Positions 46,001 through 55,530 of a stretch of 64,000 bases of DNA are shown here, piece by piece. The translations under genes were made by a program, and so were the position numbers. The notes below the pieces were generated by a model that was not told the DNA's origin, ran no database searches, and worked only from the letters and a program-made list of their open reading frames with translations. The DNA is from Savitreella phatthalungensis (lineage: Eukaryota): assembly GCA_051599415.1 (NCBI GenBank), contig AP039693.1:124001-188000 (forward strand). Direction: 5' to 3'. Numbering within the stretch: position 1 is the first letter of the stretch; each line of letters begins with the position of its first letter.

Positions 46001-46734
46001 AGCAGCAGCTCGCGTCGACCGGCAGCTCCACTGTTGAGGGCCGTTCGCTCGACGTCCGAGGTGCTGTAGACGAGTCGTACGAGATGGTCACATCTGCCCT
46101 GATCGCATCCGTCAGAACTGCGCACGCGAACAGCGCCACCAACGCCGGCACCTCATCTGGCAACGGAACAATGTCAAATGCTGGGCCGGCGGACGAAAAG
46201 GACGCGCTCGCTCACCACATCTTGACACTGTGCAACCTCCGGCAACTAGCCCTGTCGATCGACACTCTCAAGATCCCACCACCCTTGCCAGCCTCGCTCG
46301 TCGATGCCGCCCGCCAAGCCCGGACCGCGTACACTCAGCACCTGGGCGAGTACGTGCGTGGTGTGCTGTCTCGACCTTTCGGTCGGCTTGGTGATTTTGT
46401 CCGAGCGCTCGACGGCACGGACACCTCCTTCACATCCTCTCGGCCTTCCCTCTCGCCCACAGCTCTGAAACGACTGCTGTCGGACGCTCCTTCGGACGAC
46501 AAGGACATCAAGAAAGCTGTCGCCGCCCTCCACAAGCGCGTCATCGACAAGCACTTCGAAGGTGTCGACCCGCAACTCCAAGACGAAGTCTGGAGATCCT
46601 GCACACAAGCTGCAATCTCACTCACAGAAAGACTCATCCAAATCGTCCAGCAGCCGCAATTCGCTCAAGCAGGATGTCGTCTAGACTACACACCCAAATC
46701 GGTCTCACTAGCATTCGATCGCCGTGGAGCATAA
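43066..46734 (+). CDS. SEC3: Exocyst complex component Sec3
   Basis: N-terminal PIP2-binding PH-like domain (YITHVCIYED...KRRYILVSVRSSGRLRLHKSR..NGTFQIGKTW), Pro-rich linker, coiled coil with IESQSQGLQVQTSNQK, and helical C-terminal domain. Confidence 0.92.
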   Translation: MEAPDRVPLTSMSERDRIVKTLFSEKLKGTDTFVEQYITHVCIYEDVEYPASPPPRPTPPECLKRRYILVSVRSSGRLRLHKSRANDNGTFQIGKTWMLDDLQRIEDTGPRGLVISLQKPYFWAMDTPQDKMQFVNTLASIYKKYTGGRMFELKGFDERLLAPAHRSSTTSQGRQQPGERLPQRAPPLTQENDNGGARQPSIDYPGPRQQSLPLDQGPRRPSQPMEQQRTPQQRPPDLRNASVSSNYPTQTPSSQPIQSPGSAYSSAPQRIVSAGNGELMPPRRDGLRSGSLNIDTSNLMSPPPIEPRSRDRQRLGSPLGPTPQDVPARRVQAPIPQQMQLPHTPGGPPEGMRSPLSPPPAKSPARRPSNMSTASSDHGGIRTPREPMPRLPSKSGARESPLRPELPWNAPTPPQQSQPQSPEAIERAPAPRAIPPHVTTAMERSNSMQSVTTSLSAITASAEAEDESPDQTFGEEIGEAAFLEDLLADFKFTSTRGADAIAKQLQDELFSIETANTLAISEQDSRISDLMDKLDKGLAQCDEMSNTLTIYRFQLSSVAEHVRFIESQSQGLQVQTSNQKALIMEIDSVLSNIEISRGDVEVLQSANLDVDLRKVEKALTNFYRALRSMQEGATAIAATRGKGREYKQESDAFLHRLAGYVRTQFQRAVAMASQPASMSELPGHEEGYKSLFHLSPVMLYARDIAPQLQSEIRLEYASIAKSAWRDSILSFAAQWRSSVRQEPEPFAPPTRAAAIKRANTMLSAAGLTRQQTPSSSSAQQQQQQQPSSSQQSQQDLRPASEVFSIILDNLTIVITTEQNFLGDLFHLSSLQSIDYPDYVSLGVRNELSIDRLEDHRPTEPNRTLAKQRYELMEAIFTWLGPDLVNLADHFVKLDAIEVVGMLRALEVVEAEWSDSDQDWMLRMYDRVHDRLMHAFTRFVEHQCKLIKDHIGSSLGGNPRTRAHILPSFDKFPSFVERIEQQLASTGSSTVEGRSLDVRGAVDESYEMVTSALIASVRTAHANSATNAGTSSGNGTMSNAGPADEKDALAHHILTLCNLRQLALSIDTLKIPPPLPASLVDAARQARTAYTQHLGEYVRGVLSRPFGRLGDFVRALDGTDTSFTSSRPSLSPTALKRLLSDAPSDDKDIKKAVAALHKRVIDKHFEGVDPQLQDEVWRSCTQAAISLTERLIQIVQQPQFAQAGCRLDYTPKSVSLAFDRRGA

Positions 46735-46844
46735 CCTTATCTTCTCCTACATACACACACACGCGCACGACCGCTGGAGGTTTTTATCGTCAATGTCATG
46801 TCATGATTACTCGTTCGTGATAGTCTCCTTGTGGTGTGTGGTGT

Positions 46845-48560
46845 TCAGAATTGTAGCCTGCGCTGACCTTTCTCTAGCTCTCGCTTTTTCGGCTTGAGCC
46901 CGTGATTCCTTGGTGTCTGTGACTGGGTGGGTGGTGGTGGTGGTGCGGGTGGATCAGACCGAGCGAAATCTCGTGCTAAATCCTTGGCAAAGTGCCAATC
47001 AGCGTGCTCTTCAGGAGACCCATCGATCCGCTTGCCCGAACACCTCTCGCACGCAAAGGTGGTTACGGGTGGTGGCGATTCGCGTTCTGGCGGAGTAGAA
47101 GCAGGTCGCTTCTTGGACTCACATTCACTAGGACGACGGAAGAATCCACCAATGTCCTGAACCCCATCCTCCATACCTTCAAACCCACCGAGTCCGAGCG
47201 ACAGGTTGAAGCACGGAAACGCTCGGCCTTCCGTGTTGATTTGGTGGAAGAGTTTGCTGGCAAGGGCGCCGAGGATCGGGGCTGTCAGGTCTGGACCTTT
47301 TGGGATGGGACACTGTCTGGACTTGCTTGCGCCAGGGACGCGGTGGTGCATGGTGAGTGTCCTCGGCCGTCTCTGCTGTGGGTCTTCGAGTAGGCGAGAA
47401 GCGAGGTCGGCAGTCAGCACCCGGATCCACCGCTCAGCCTGAGCGGGAGAGTCGATCTGCGGCCGGAAGGACTTGGCAGATAGCATGCTCTTGACCTGCG
47501 TGTTTGTGTTGACCTCGGCATAGTCGATCCCGCGCAGGATGTTCCATAGCCATTGGCCAGTCTCGAGGCCGAGCTTCGTCCGCAGCTCTGAGATCGACAC
47601 CGCAGTCATCTCTTCCACTGACGACGTTGCGAACAACCGCTCGACCTCGCTCCCGAGCTTGCCGCCAAGCATGCGAATTTTTGAGAGAGGTGTACGGTTG
47701 AGGAACGATTGGACTGCACGGTTTCGCAGGATCGTCTGCCTGGCCGGTTTGTTTTGGCCTGCTGCGAGCTTGGCGAGTGTTTTGTTGCGGGCGATGCCGG
47801 CGGAAGTGGTGTATCCCAAGGTGTTGTGGACGTCGGCGCGGACGATATCCATGTGCTGAGCACCAATCAGCATGCACACCTCGTCCCAGTCAGGCCGATC
47901 GTCCTCGGCGTGATCTCCATCGAGCGGTACCATGACACCTGTCTGGGAGGTCCAATCGACGAGCGGTGGCTCAGGCAATGGAGCGTCCAGGGACGCACCT
48001 TCCGGCATCTTCAGCAGGTCGTCTCCGTACCGCTCCATCAGTTTCTGCTTGATGATCGTCGAGAGGTCGAGGTATGACTCATCGATCGACGCCTTCTCAA
48101 CCCTGTCGCAGTGCCGCTTGAAGACCTCGAGGATCTTGCGGGACTCGCGCCGGTAGGGGTCCAGGGAGACCTTGTGCGTCGGGATTTCTGGATTCTCGTG
48201 GTATCGTGACTCTGTGTCGCCTTCGCGCCAGGTCTGGACGTGGACCAGCCGAATGTCGGGACACTTCTGACGAGCACTCACGGCGTTCTCGTGACGCGTG
48301 ATACCAGCTGCGCGCGCAGCATAGTTGATTGCGATCAATCCACCCCACTGGGAGACCGCCAACGGGAGTTTCGGGTCATGACCGACACGCAGCGCTTCCA
48401 CTTGCGCATAGAAGCAGTCCAGGTCACATAGGGAGATGACGCGCAAGGGGCTCTCCTTGGCAGGAGATGCTGACGAGAGCACACTCAAATGGCGCCAGGT
48501 ATAGCGAGAAGTGGACGCCGTCGCGACGGGCGAGGAAGTCGGCAAGATCTCTTGACTCAT
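46845..48560 (-). CDS. RAD30: DNA polymerase eta (Y-family)
   Basis: CDLDCFYAQVE, IAINYAAR, KVSLDPYRRES, EKASIDESYLD, SAGIARNKTLAKL, and a C-terminal UBZ (CERC...EHADWHFAKDL). Confidence 0.93.
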   Translation of the reverse strand: MSQEILPTSSPVATASTSRYTWRHLSVLSSASPAKESPLRVISLCDLDCFYAQVEALRVGHDPKLPLAVSQWGGLIAINYAARAAGITRHENAVSARQKCPDIRLVHVQTWREGDTESRYHENPEIPTHKVSLDPYRRESRKILEVFKRHCDRVEKASIDESYLDLSTIIKQKLMERYGDDLLKMPEGASLDAPLPEPPLVDWTSQTGVMVPLDGDHAEDDRPDWDEVCMLIGAQHMDIVRADVHNTLGYTTSAGIARNKTLAKLAAGQNKPARQTILRNRAVQSFLNRTPLSKIRMLGGKLGSEVERLFATSSVEEMTAVSISELRTKLGLETGQWLWNILRGIDYAEVNTNTQVKSMLSAKSFRPQIDSPAQAERWIRVLTADLASRLLEDPQQRRPRTLTMHHRVPGASKSRQCPIPKGPDLTAPILGALASKLFHQINTEGRAFPCFNLSLGLGGFEGMEDGVQDIGGFFRRPSECESKKRPASTPPERESPPPVTTFACERCSGKRIDGSPEEHADWHFAKDLARDFARSDPPAPPPPPTQSQTPRNHGLKPKKRELEKGQRRLQF

Positions 48561-48743
48561 GTCAGCGAAGCCAGACGGGAAATGTATACATCGATAGTCA
48601 TGCTTGAGGTCAGTATGCTAGGAGGATTGTGCGGTTGCTGATGTGCTGTTTATGTTGTAGTGTTCCTGCATTGAACTGTACGGGAAGTTGTGCTTTCCTA
48701 CTGTACTGCGTAATGCAATTTACTGTACTGTGCAGAGACTGTC

Positions 48744-48774
48744 ACGCGTTTTATCATTATTCACACAGACGCGA
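48744..48774. promoter_or_regulatory. Putative MCB (MluI cell-cycle box) elements in the RAD30/FMC1 divergent promoter
   Basis: ACGCGT at 48744-48749 and ACGCGA at 48769-48774. Confidence 0.4.
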
Positions 48775-48818
48775 TTCTTGAGATTCTCCAGAACAAGTGA
48801 GAGGGATATCGAACATTC

Positions 48819-49283
48819 ATGTCACTCTCAGCTCGGCACATCTACCGCGGGTTGCACAGGGAGGCGCGCAGGGTTGCTGCGGCGGCTGGTCGAGGTAGCG
48901 AGGCTCCTGATTTTGTGGGTCTGGTCAGGGAAGACTTCAAGAGTGCAGTAGCAGGGGCAGGAGCAGATGAGAAGGCTCGTGAGAAGGCGCTGTTCAAAGC
49001 ATCAGAGATGCTGGTCTTTCTGCGGAGTCAGCGCAAGTACAGCGTAAGTGATTCGGTTGCAGCAGGTAATCTGAGGATTGCTTGTCACATTCTTAGACTC
49101 TGTGTGAATAGCGAGACTGACTGATAGCAGGAGCTGATTGACAGGTACAACCCTGGAGCAAACATGACTCAGGCTGAACGAAATCGATTGACTGCTCGAC
49201 GTGTTGGCTTGAACATGCCAAAGGACAACAGTGATGACTACTACAAAGGTGGTGGTGGCGGTGGAAGCGGGGGCAAGAAGTGA
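48819..49283 (+). CDS. FMC1: Mitochondrial ATP synthase assembly factor Fmc1 (LYR family); 2 exons
   Basis: Exon 1 is 48819-49043 (IYRGLHRE...FLRSQRKYS), intron 49044-49130 (GTAAGT..CTGAC..CAG), exon 2 ELIDRYNPG..MTQAERNRLTARRVGLNMP. 125 aa. Confidence 0.88.
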
Positions 49284-49762
49284 GATTGCTCTAGTCTATG
49301 TGTAAACGATTTTGATGATTCAAGAATTGCCAACTTGACTGAACGGACTCAGACTGGGAGCTACAGACTCTTGAGGAGTGAAGTGAATGAGGGAGTGACT
49401 CTCGATGATAGAGAGAGGACGAGGAAGTAGTTGTTGGAGTGTCTATGTTGCTTGGTATGTGGTCACTGATCAATGTGTTATCTGTATCCTGCATGTGTCT
49501 GCGTGTGTGTGATTGTGTGATTGAAGCAATTAAATCAATTTCTTGCATTCAAAGTAATTTTCCCGTGCGAAATTGATCGATCACGTGATCAGTACGCCCT
49601 GTAAGGAAACTTTCGTAGGTACGCGTGCGCCCATCGCCAACTATGTACTTCACGTCAGTATCCCTTGTTCATTACTCTTCTATCGCTCATTCAGGCTGCT
49701 AGTCAGTGACGCTTGATAAATCTACAGTCTGCTCTTCCCGATTGTGTAGAGTGGCTTTGACG

Positions 49763-50668
49763 ATGGCGCCAGCGATTGATTGGGCTGAAGAAGCTACAGG
49801 CGATCTCGACCTGCCTGCTGTTTCACGGACAAAGGATGAGTCGACCGGTATTATCACTGAGATCAGCTACAAGTACGACAACGATGGCCGGAAAGTTCGG
49901 ACTACGCGAAAGCTTCGGATTGTGAAGGCTGCGACGGTTGTGTCTTCGAGCGAGGCGATTCGGAAGTCTTGGTCAAAGTTTGGTGCTGAGAAGGGCCACA
50001 GCGCAGGGCCTCAGTCTGACACGACGAGTGTGGGCGAGAACATCAAGTTCAACCTGGTCCAGGGATACTCGACGTACGCAGCAAGGCAGGCGGAAACGGC
50101 TGCTGCCGAGGAGGAGCAGAAGCTCAAGGCCTCCCTGTCGAGCGCTTCCGTCAAGTGCAGAATCTGCAAGGGAGACCACTACACCGCCAGATGTCCGTAC
50201 AAGGACACGCTCAAGCCGCTCGACGGCGGCGACGCTGACCCTGCAGTCCGAGCGATGGAGGAAGTCGACAGCGGCGCTGCAGCACAGCAGGCGGCTACTG
50301 GCAAGTACGTCCCCGTCCACATGCGTGCTGGCCGTGGGCCAGGTGAGGTCATGCCTGGATCACGTGGCGGTGCAGGCGGCGGTGTCGGTGGGTTTGGCGG
50401 ACCTCAGAGAGACGAGTTCCCTACTTTGCGCGTGACAAACCTGTCAGAGGATTCCGAGGAAGAAGACCTAAAGGCACTCTTCGGCAGGTACGGTCGTGTC
50501 GCTCGTGTCTTCCTCGCAAGAGACAAGGAGACTCGCCGCGTCAAGGGTTTCGCCTTCATCTCGTTCTACGATAGAGCAGAAGCAGAAAGAGCTTGCCAGG
50601 GCATGAACGGCTTCGGTTACGACAACCTCATCCTCAGAGTCGAGTTCTCAAAGCCTCGGGAAGAATAA
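49763..50668 (+). CDS. TIF35: Translation initiation factor eIF3 subunit g
   Basis: DWAEE start, RKSWSKFG..GP...TT.VGE, zinc knuckle CRICKGDHYTARCPY, and C-terminal RRM (TLRVTNLSED...KGFAFISF). Confidence 0.95.
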   Translation: MAPAIDWAEEATGDLDLPAVSRTKDESTGIITEISYKYDNDGRKVRTTRKLRIVKAATVVSSSEAIRKSWSKFGAEKGHSAGPQSDTTSVGENIKFNLVQGYSTYAARQAETAAAEEEQKLKASLSSASVKCRICKGDHYTARCPYKDTLKPLDGGDADPAVRAMEEVDSGAAAQQAATGKYVPVHMRAGRGPGEVMPGSRGGAGGGVGGFGGPQRDEFPTLRVTNLSEDSEEEDLKALFGRYGRVARVFLARDKETRRVKGFAFISFYDRAEAERACQGMNGFGYDNLILRVEFSKPREE

Positions 50669-50817
50669 CAGTCCTATCACAGGATCCACAAAAGACCTCT
50701 TCTCCCTTTACCTTGTAGTATACATAGCGTTATCATTCATGCATCACCATGTCATTTCATGTCGTCATTGGTTCTCATGCGTCTAGTGTAAGAGGGCTCT
50801 AGTTCTCAGTAAGATGG

Positions 50818-52353
50818 CTACCACTTGGAGGCCAGCGGATTAACCATGGGCGGGACGGCATTGTACGTGGTTGTCAACTTGTCATGCAAGTTGCCGGTGA
50901 GGCTGGCTTGTGTGCGCCAGTAGGCGGTGATCGCCTGAGCACGCTGTGGAATATCATGAGAGGTAGTTGGAAACTCCTCGAGATAGATACCCTCGACGCG
51001 GTCTGTCCATGCTGTGGCGAGTGCTTTTGAGGTCGAGACTGGCTGAGGGGAGGTACTCGGGATCTGGTCGATCGGTTTGACCTGACCACCGCCGTTGATG
51101 CAACCACGATCGCACGCCATCACCTCCACGTAGTCGTAATTCTGGGCGGCCTCGGCGGCACCTGGTCGACGTCTCACCACGCCGGCTCGCGCAGTCGTCG
51201 CAGGAGACAGCTTCTGTGCGAGTGAGGTGATCTGCCGGAATCCATACGCCTCTGCGAACCGCAGCAGGACTGATCCCGCGGCATCCACGACGTCATACTC
51301 TCGGAGCTTCGGTGTCCGGTTGTCACGAATGACCACGTGAGGTGAAGCTCGCAGATCTGAAGGGTCAATCTCGATGTTGAAAAGCTCGACAGCAGCGGAG
51401 GCGAGCACGTGTGCAAGGTAGCCGCCAGAGGAAGAGCCAGGTACCCGTCCTGGCTCCACTGGCAGCGCGATCGAGGATGGGGTGCCATCCTCGTCGATAG
51501 TCCGTAGATCAATGCCTTCGTCGCGCAGCATCTGGACGACCTCTGCGCCCGTCACCACCGTATCAACATCTCTCACGCCATCCACGGTAAATTCTCCCCT
51601 CGATGCTTCCAGCTTCTTGTCAAAGCAAGGCATGATGGCGACGTGGTAGATTTCACCTCTGCTTAGAGATGATTTTGCGCTCAGTATATCTTTCAGCATG
51701 ACGCCTGTCATTTGCTGTGGAGATCTGACGCGGGAGATATTCGGGATGACGCCAGATTTCTGCTTCTCAGCGTAGCAAATCCAGCCTGGGCATGCGCTAG
51801 CCAAGAGTGGTTTCCGTCTGCAACTGCCTGCTCCTTCCTCGTTGTAGTTCGCTCTGCCTTCGCGAGCCGCCCTCCAGCTGACGAGAAACTCCTTGGCGGC
51901 TGCATCCAAGCAGACATCGCGTCCGATGTTTGTACTGATGAGATCTACGAATCCACGTTGACGGAGGACTCTTCTGAGTCGGCGGAAGGTTGATGCAAAG
52001 GAGAGGTCATAGGAGGCGGCGACAGAGGCAACGCTTTGTGGGCAGATCGATGCTATGACGAGCTTTTTTGTTGCGGACGATAGGGTCGATGCCACTTCCT
52101 GCCATGATTGAAGGCCGATCAAGACTGTTTCTGCCGTGGTGACGCAGCCAGAACACGCCAGGCAATCGTTCAGAGATATCTGTGCCTTCTCAAGCTGTGT
52201 CTCTGTACCGTCCTTGGCCACTTCCCAGTGAACGCCTGCGCCATCAATCCGGATTGCTGAGTCTGCTGCTGTCGATTTGACTTCTACAGGCTTGATACAG
52301 TCCTGGGAAGGCTCAAAGAAGTCATTCAGGGCATCTGCAGACAGCAATGGCAT
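50818..52353 (-). CDS. NAR1: Cytosolic Fe-S cluster assembly factor Nar1 (hydrogenase-like)
   Basis: CIKP, ISLNDCLACSGCVT, SACPGW, MPCFDKKLEASR, EVMAC..GCINGGGQ and a terminal Trp. Confidence 0.93.
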   Translation of the reverse strand: MPLLSADALNDFFEPSQDCIKPVEVKSTAADSAIRIDGAGVHWEVAKDGTETQLEKAQISLNDCLACSGCVTTAETVLIGLQSWQEVASTLSSATKKLVIASICPQSVASVAASYDLSFASTFRRLRRVLRQRGFVDLISTNIGRDVCLDAAAKEFLVSWRAAREGRANYNEEGAGSCRRKPLLASACPGWICYAEKQKSGVIPNISRVRSPQQMTGVMLKDILSAKSSLSRGEIYHVAIMPCFDKKLEASRGEFTVDGVRDVDTVVTGAEVVQMLRDEGIDLRTIDEDGTPSSIALPVEPGRVPGSSSGGYLAHVLASAAVELFNIEIDPSDLRASPHVVIRDNRTPKLREYDVVDAAGSVLLRFAEAYGFRQITSLAQKLSPATTARAGVVRRRPGAAEAAQNYDYVEVMACDRGCINGGGQVKPIDQIPSTSPQPVSTSKALATAWTDRVEGIYLEEFPTTSHDIPQRAQAITAYWRTQASLTGNLHDKLTTTYNAVPPMVNPLASKW

Positions 52354-53282
52354 GCTTTAGAATGCTCTAGAGGTGAAGTTTTTGAGCAATCGAGATCTCT
52401 ATCAGCGCTTCTCACCCGTGCGACGCTCTGAATGTGAATGGATGCTCAGCCAGAAGCAGAATCTTGATGTTGACCCAGGTAGAAGAAGAGTGGTCGTGTG
52501 CCTCGTATGGTATAATAGATGAGCTGAGGATATGTGTGTATATGTGTTCATACGTAATTCGTTCACGTGTTTGATAATTCTTGCGTGCATCTGCAGTAAA
52601 CTTTTGTAGTGAATGCACGATCGATGCAAATAATGTGTACAGTACTATAAATTTAGATATGGATATTTTGTATACCGTACAGTTAATTAGTTCACTGCAT
52701 GTGAAGTATACTAAAATCCAGTCAGTCACTTCAGAAGTCACGCTTTCCACAAACTTATCACTTACTTCCCCACAGGATTTAGCTGCAACTTGAATACTGC
52801 ATGTGTTCTAGAACCCCTAACCGCTATAGACAGACTGAACACATACTACACGCCAAAGAGTCACGCTCATACTCAACACGCACGCACGCACGGCTAGATA
52901 GTATTCAATCAGCTCGACATACACAGCATCGTATTCAGCTTTGCGAGCAGGCTCCTTTAGCAGTGCTTCACGTGGAGACCTTCTGTCTGACCTGCACCTG
53001 TTTCATCACTCAATTCATCCAAGTTGTAGTACACAGGGTCTCATTATCAATCACGCCCTCGTAAAGGCTCATCAGTCCTGCACATTCCTGTTTCTCCACA
53101 CGAGATCGCCTCTCTTGCTCTGTTCAATTGCTTCCATCAGGCTGCTCAAAACTCACTCGCATTCATCGGCATGATCACGCACATGACCTTGTTATAGTCA
53201 TCTGACATCATCCAGCTTGCTCTGATTCCTCTTTCCCTTCCAATCACTGCGGAACTCACATATCCCCCGGAGATCCATCAAC

Positions 53283-55346
53283 ATGCTTCCTAGATTCCTC
53301 CGATTCGTCATCATCACATCCCTCCTTCTGCTCGGTCTCTACGTCTTCCTAAAGCCCACATCTCAGACACTCGAGATCAGAAAGCCAATCACGGACGATG
53401 CAAAGGCTAAAGCAGCAGCAGCAGCAAAGGCCGCAGCAGATAAATTGGCTGCTGAGCGCGAGAATGCGAAGAAGAAGATTGCAGATGCGGTAGCAAAATC
53501 GAAGACTGACGTTACTTCCGGAAAAGATGCAGATGCCGAATCAACGCCAAAGAAGAAGTTGACTTCTTGGCGTGGTACAGAACCAGAAACAGACACGTGG
53601 TCATATCTGAATGAGCCTATAGAGCTAGACCCTGTTACTCACTCGGCCACGCTCAAAGATAGGCTCATGCGCGCTTTCCCTTATGACCGTTCTGCTGTTT
53701 TCCCAAGCTTCATCTGGCAGACATGGAAGTACGGTCCATCAGACGAAGCTTTCAACTTTCGGATGCAGGAAGCCACCTGGTCTGAAAAGCATCCTGCTTA
53801 CATCCACGAAGTTATCAAGGACGATGTGGCAGACCTGCTCATCCGTCATCTCTTCACAGCCAAGCTGCCAGAGGTCGTAGAGGCCTGGGATGCATTGCCA
53901 CACGTCGTCATGCGTGCAGACTTCTTCCGCTATCTGATCCTATTCGCACGTGGCGGCATTTACTCTGACATCGATACTCAAGCGCTCCAGCCGGCCTGGC
54001 AGTGGGTACCTGGACTCATGGACTACGGTACCTATGGTCTTGTCGTCGGCATCGAGGCTGACCCAGACAGACCTGACTGGCGAGACTGGTACTCGCGGCG
54101 CATCCAATTCGTCCAGTGGACGATACGAGCAAAGCCAGGTCATCCCGCTCTAGCAGAAGTCATCTCACGCATTACACGCAAGACACTCGAGCTAAAGGCA
54201 AAGGGTACCTTGAAAGTCGACAAGGAATCGAACTCGGTAGTTGAGTGGACCGGCCCTGCAGTCTGGACCGATTCGATCTTCAAATACCTCAACTCGCCAC
54301 TGATGCGCAAGATCAACGCAGGTAACGTACCGCCAATGAGCGCTGTCGGCAAGACAGATCCGTCCACAGGACTTCAAGTTGGATCATCCCGATCAGGCAT
54401 CCCTGCCGTGCTGCCACTCCTCGTCCGCGATGCGTCGCTGCCAGATTCTGGTGCTGCGGCCGCTGGCAACGATGCCGCCTCGACCTCACCTGATTCGCCC
54501 GGAAAGTCCGGATACACGTGGCGTGACTTGACGGGTATCACAGAAGCGCAGCGCGTTGGTGACGTCGTTGTCCTCCCAATCACTGGCTTCTCTCCCGGTC
54601 AAGGCCACATGGGCTCGCTCGACTACGACAACCCGCACGCCATGGTCAGACACGATTTCGAGGGTTCCTGGAAACCAGACTCGGAGCAGATCAAGCCTGT
54701 CGCAGGTGGTACAGGATCAGCCAGCCCACAGACAGATGCTCAGCTGGCAAACGCAGCACAGCAAGTGCAGGCACAGATCCAACAAGCGGAAGCCGCTAAA
54801 GCTCCAGCCCGACCACAACAGCAGCAGCAGCAGCAGCAGGCTCAGAAACACCCGTCGACCGGTGACGAACTTAGAACAGCTGAATTGCAAAAAGCCGCGG
54901 CCGTGCAAGCTGCCGAAGCCGGCACTGGTGGCGCTGCGAAGGACAGCAAGGCCGGTGTTGTTGGCGTGCCTGCGGCGGTGCCCCCGGCTGTACAGAACGC
55001 GCAGGTGGCAAGAGCCTTCACTACGAGCGCACCTCAGGCTGGTTCTGAGCCACGTGATCCACAACGTCCTATCGCTCAGCAGAAGATGATTGTTCCTCCT
55101 CCTCCTCCTCCTCCTCAAAATCCAGCAGCGGCGTCGGCGCCACCGAAGCGTCGCTTCGCGTTCGAGCGAGAAGCCGTCTACCACCGCAAGCAGATGACAC
55201 CTTACCAGAAAGAGCAGGAGGAGGAGCGTGTAGCCCGATCGAAAGCGGCAGAGGAAGCGAGATCACAAGCACTCAAACAAGCTCAAGCGGTCATCGCTCA
55301 AGCCAACGCTATCACCTCACAAGATCATCAAACCACACAGGTGTAA
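53283..55346 (+). CDS. OCH1: Alpha-1,6-mannosyltransferase (GT32, Och1 family)
   Basis: N-terminal transmembrane anchor, FPSFIWQTWK, RADFFRYLILFARGGIYSDID (DxD), GIEADPDRPDWRDWYSRRIQF, WTGPAVWTD and HDFEGSWK. Confidence 0.9.
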   Translation: MLPRFLRFVIITSLLLLGLYVFLKPTSQTLEIRKPITDDAKAKAAAAAKAAADKLAAERENAKKKIADAVAKSKTDVTSGKDADAESTPKKKLTSWRGTEPETDTWSYLNEPIELDPVTHSATLKDRLMRAFPYDRSAVFPSFIWQTWKYGPSDEAFNFRMQEATWSEKHPAYIHEVIKDDVADLLIRHLFTAKLPEVVEAWDALPHVVMRADFFRYLILFARGGIYSDIDTQALQPAWQWVPGLMDYGTYGLVVGIEADPDRPDWRDWYSRRIQFVQWTIRAKPGHPALAEVISRITRKTLELKAKGTLKVDKESNSVVEWTGPAVWTDSIFKYLNSPLMRKINAGNVPPMSAVGKTDPSTGLQVGSSRSGIPAVLPLLVRDASLPDSGAAAAGNDAASTSPDSPGKSGYTWRDLTGITEAQRVGDVVVLPITGFSPGQGHMGSLDYDNPHAMVRHDFEGSWKPDSEQIKPVAGGTGSASPQTDAQLANAAQQVQAQIQQAEAAKAPARPQQQQQQQQAQKHPSTGDELRTAELQKAAAVQAAEAGTGGAAKDSKAGVVGVPAAVPPAVQNAQVARAFTTSAPQAGSEPRDPQRPIAQQKMIVPPPPPPPQNPAAASAPPKRRFAFEREAVYHRKQMTPYQKEQEEERVARSKAAEEARSQALKQAQAVIAQANAITSQDHQTTQV

Positions 55347-55530
55347 AGTCATCTTCCCCACTTTCACAAAAACGTATCTTCGTATACCGTATATGTATGT
55401 CTGCCTAGCTGTGGCTGTAAGTATGTGTGTGTGTAGAATTCTCGCACTTGTACGGAAGAAACTGACTATACTCCATCTTATATCCTAAACAACAGAGGCA
55501 CGTACCACTTAGCGTGGGCCGAATGCTGCT

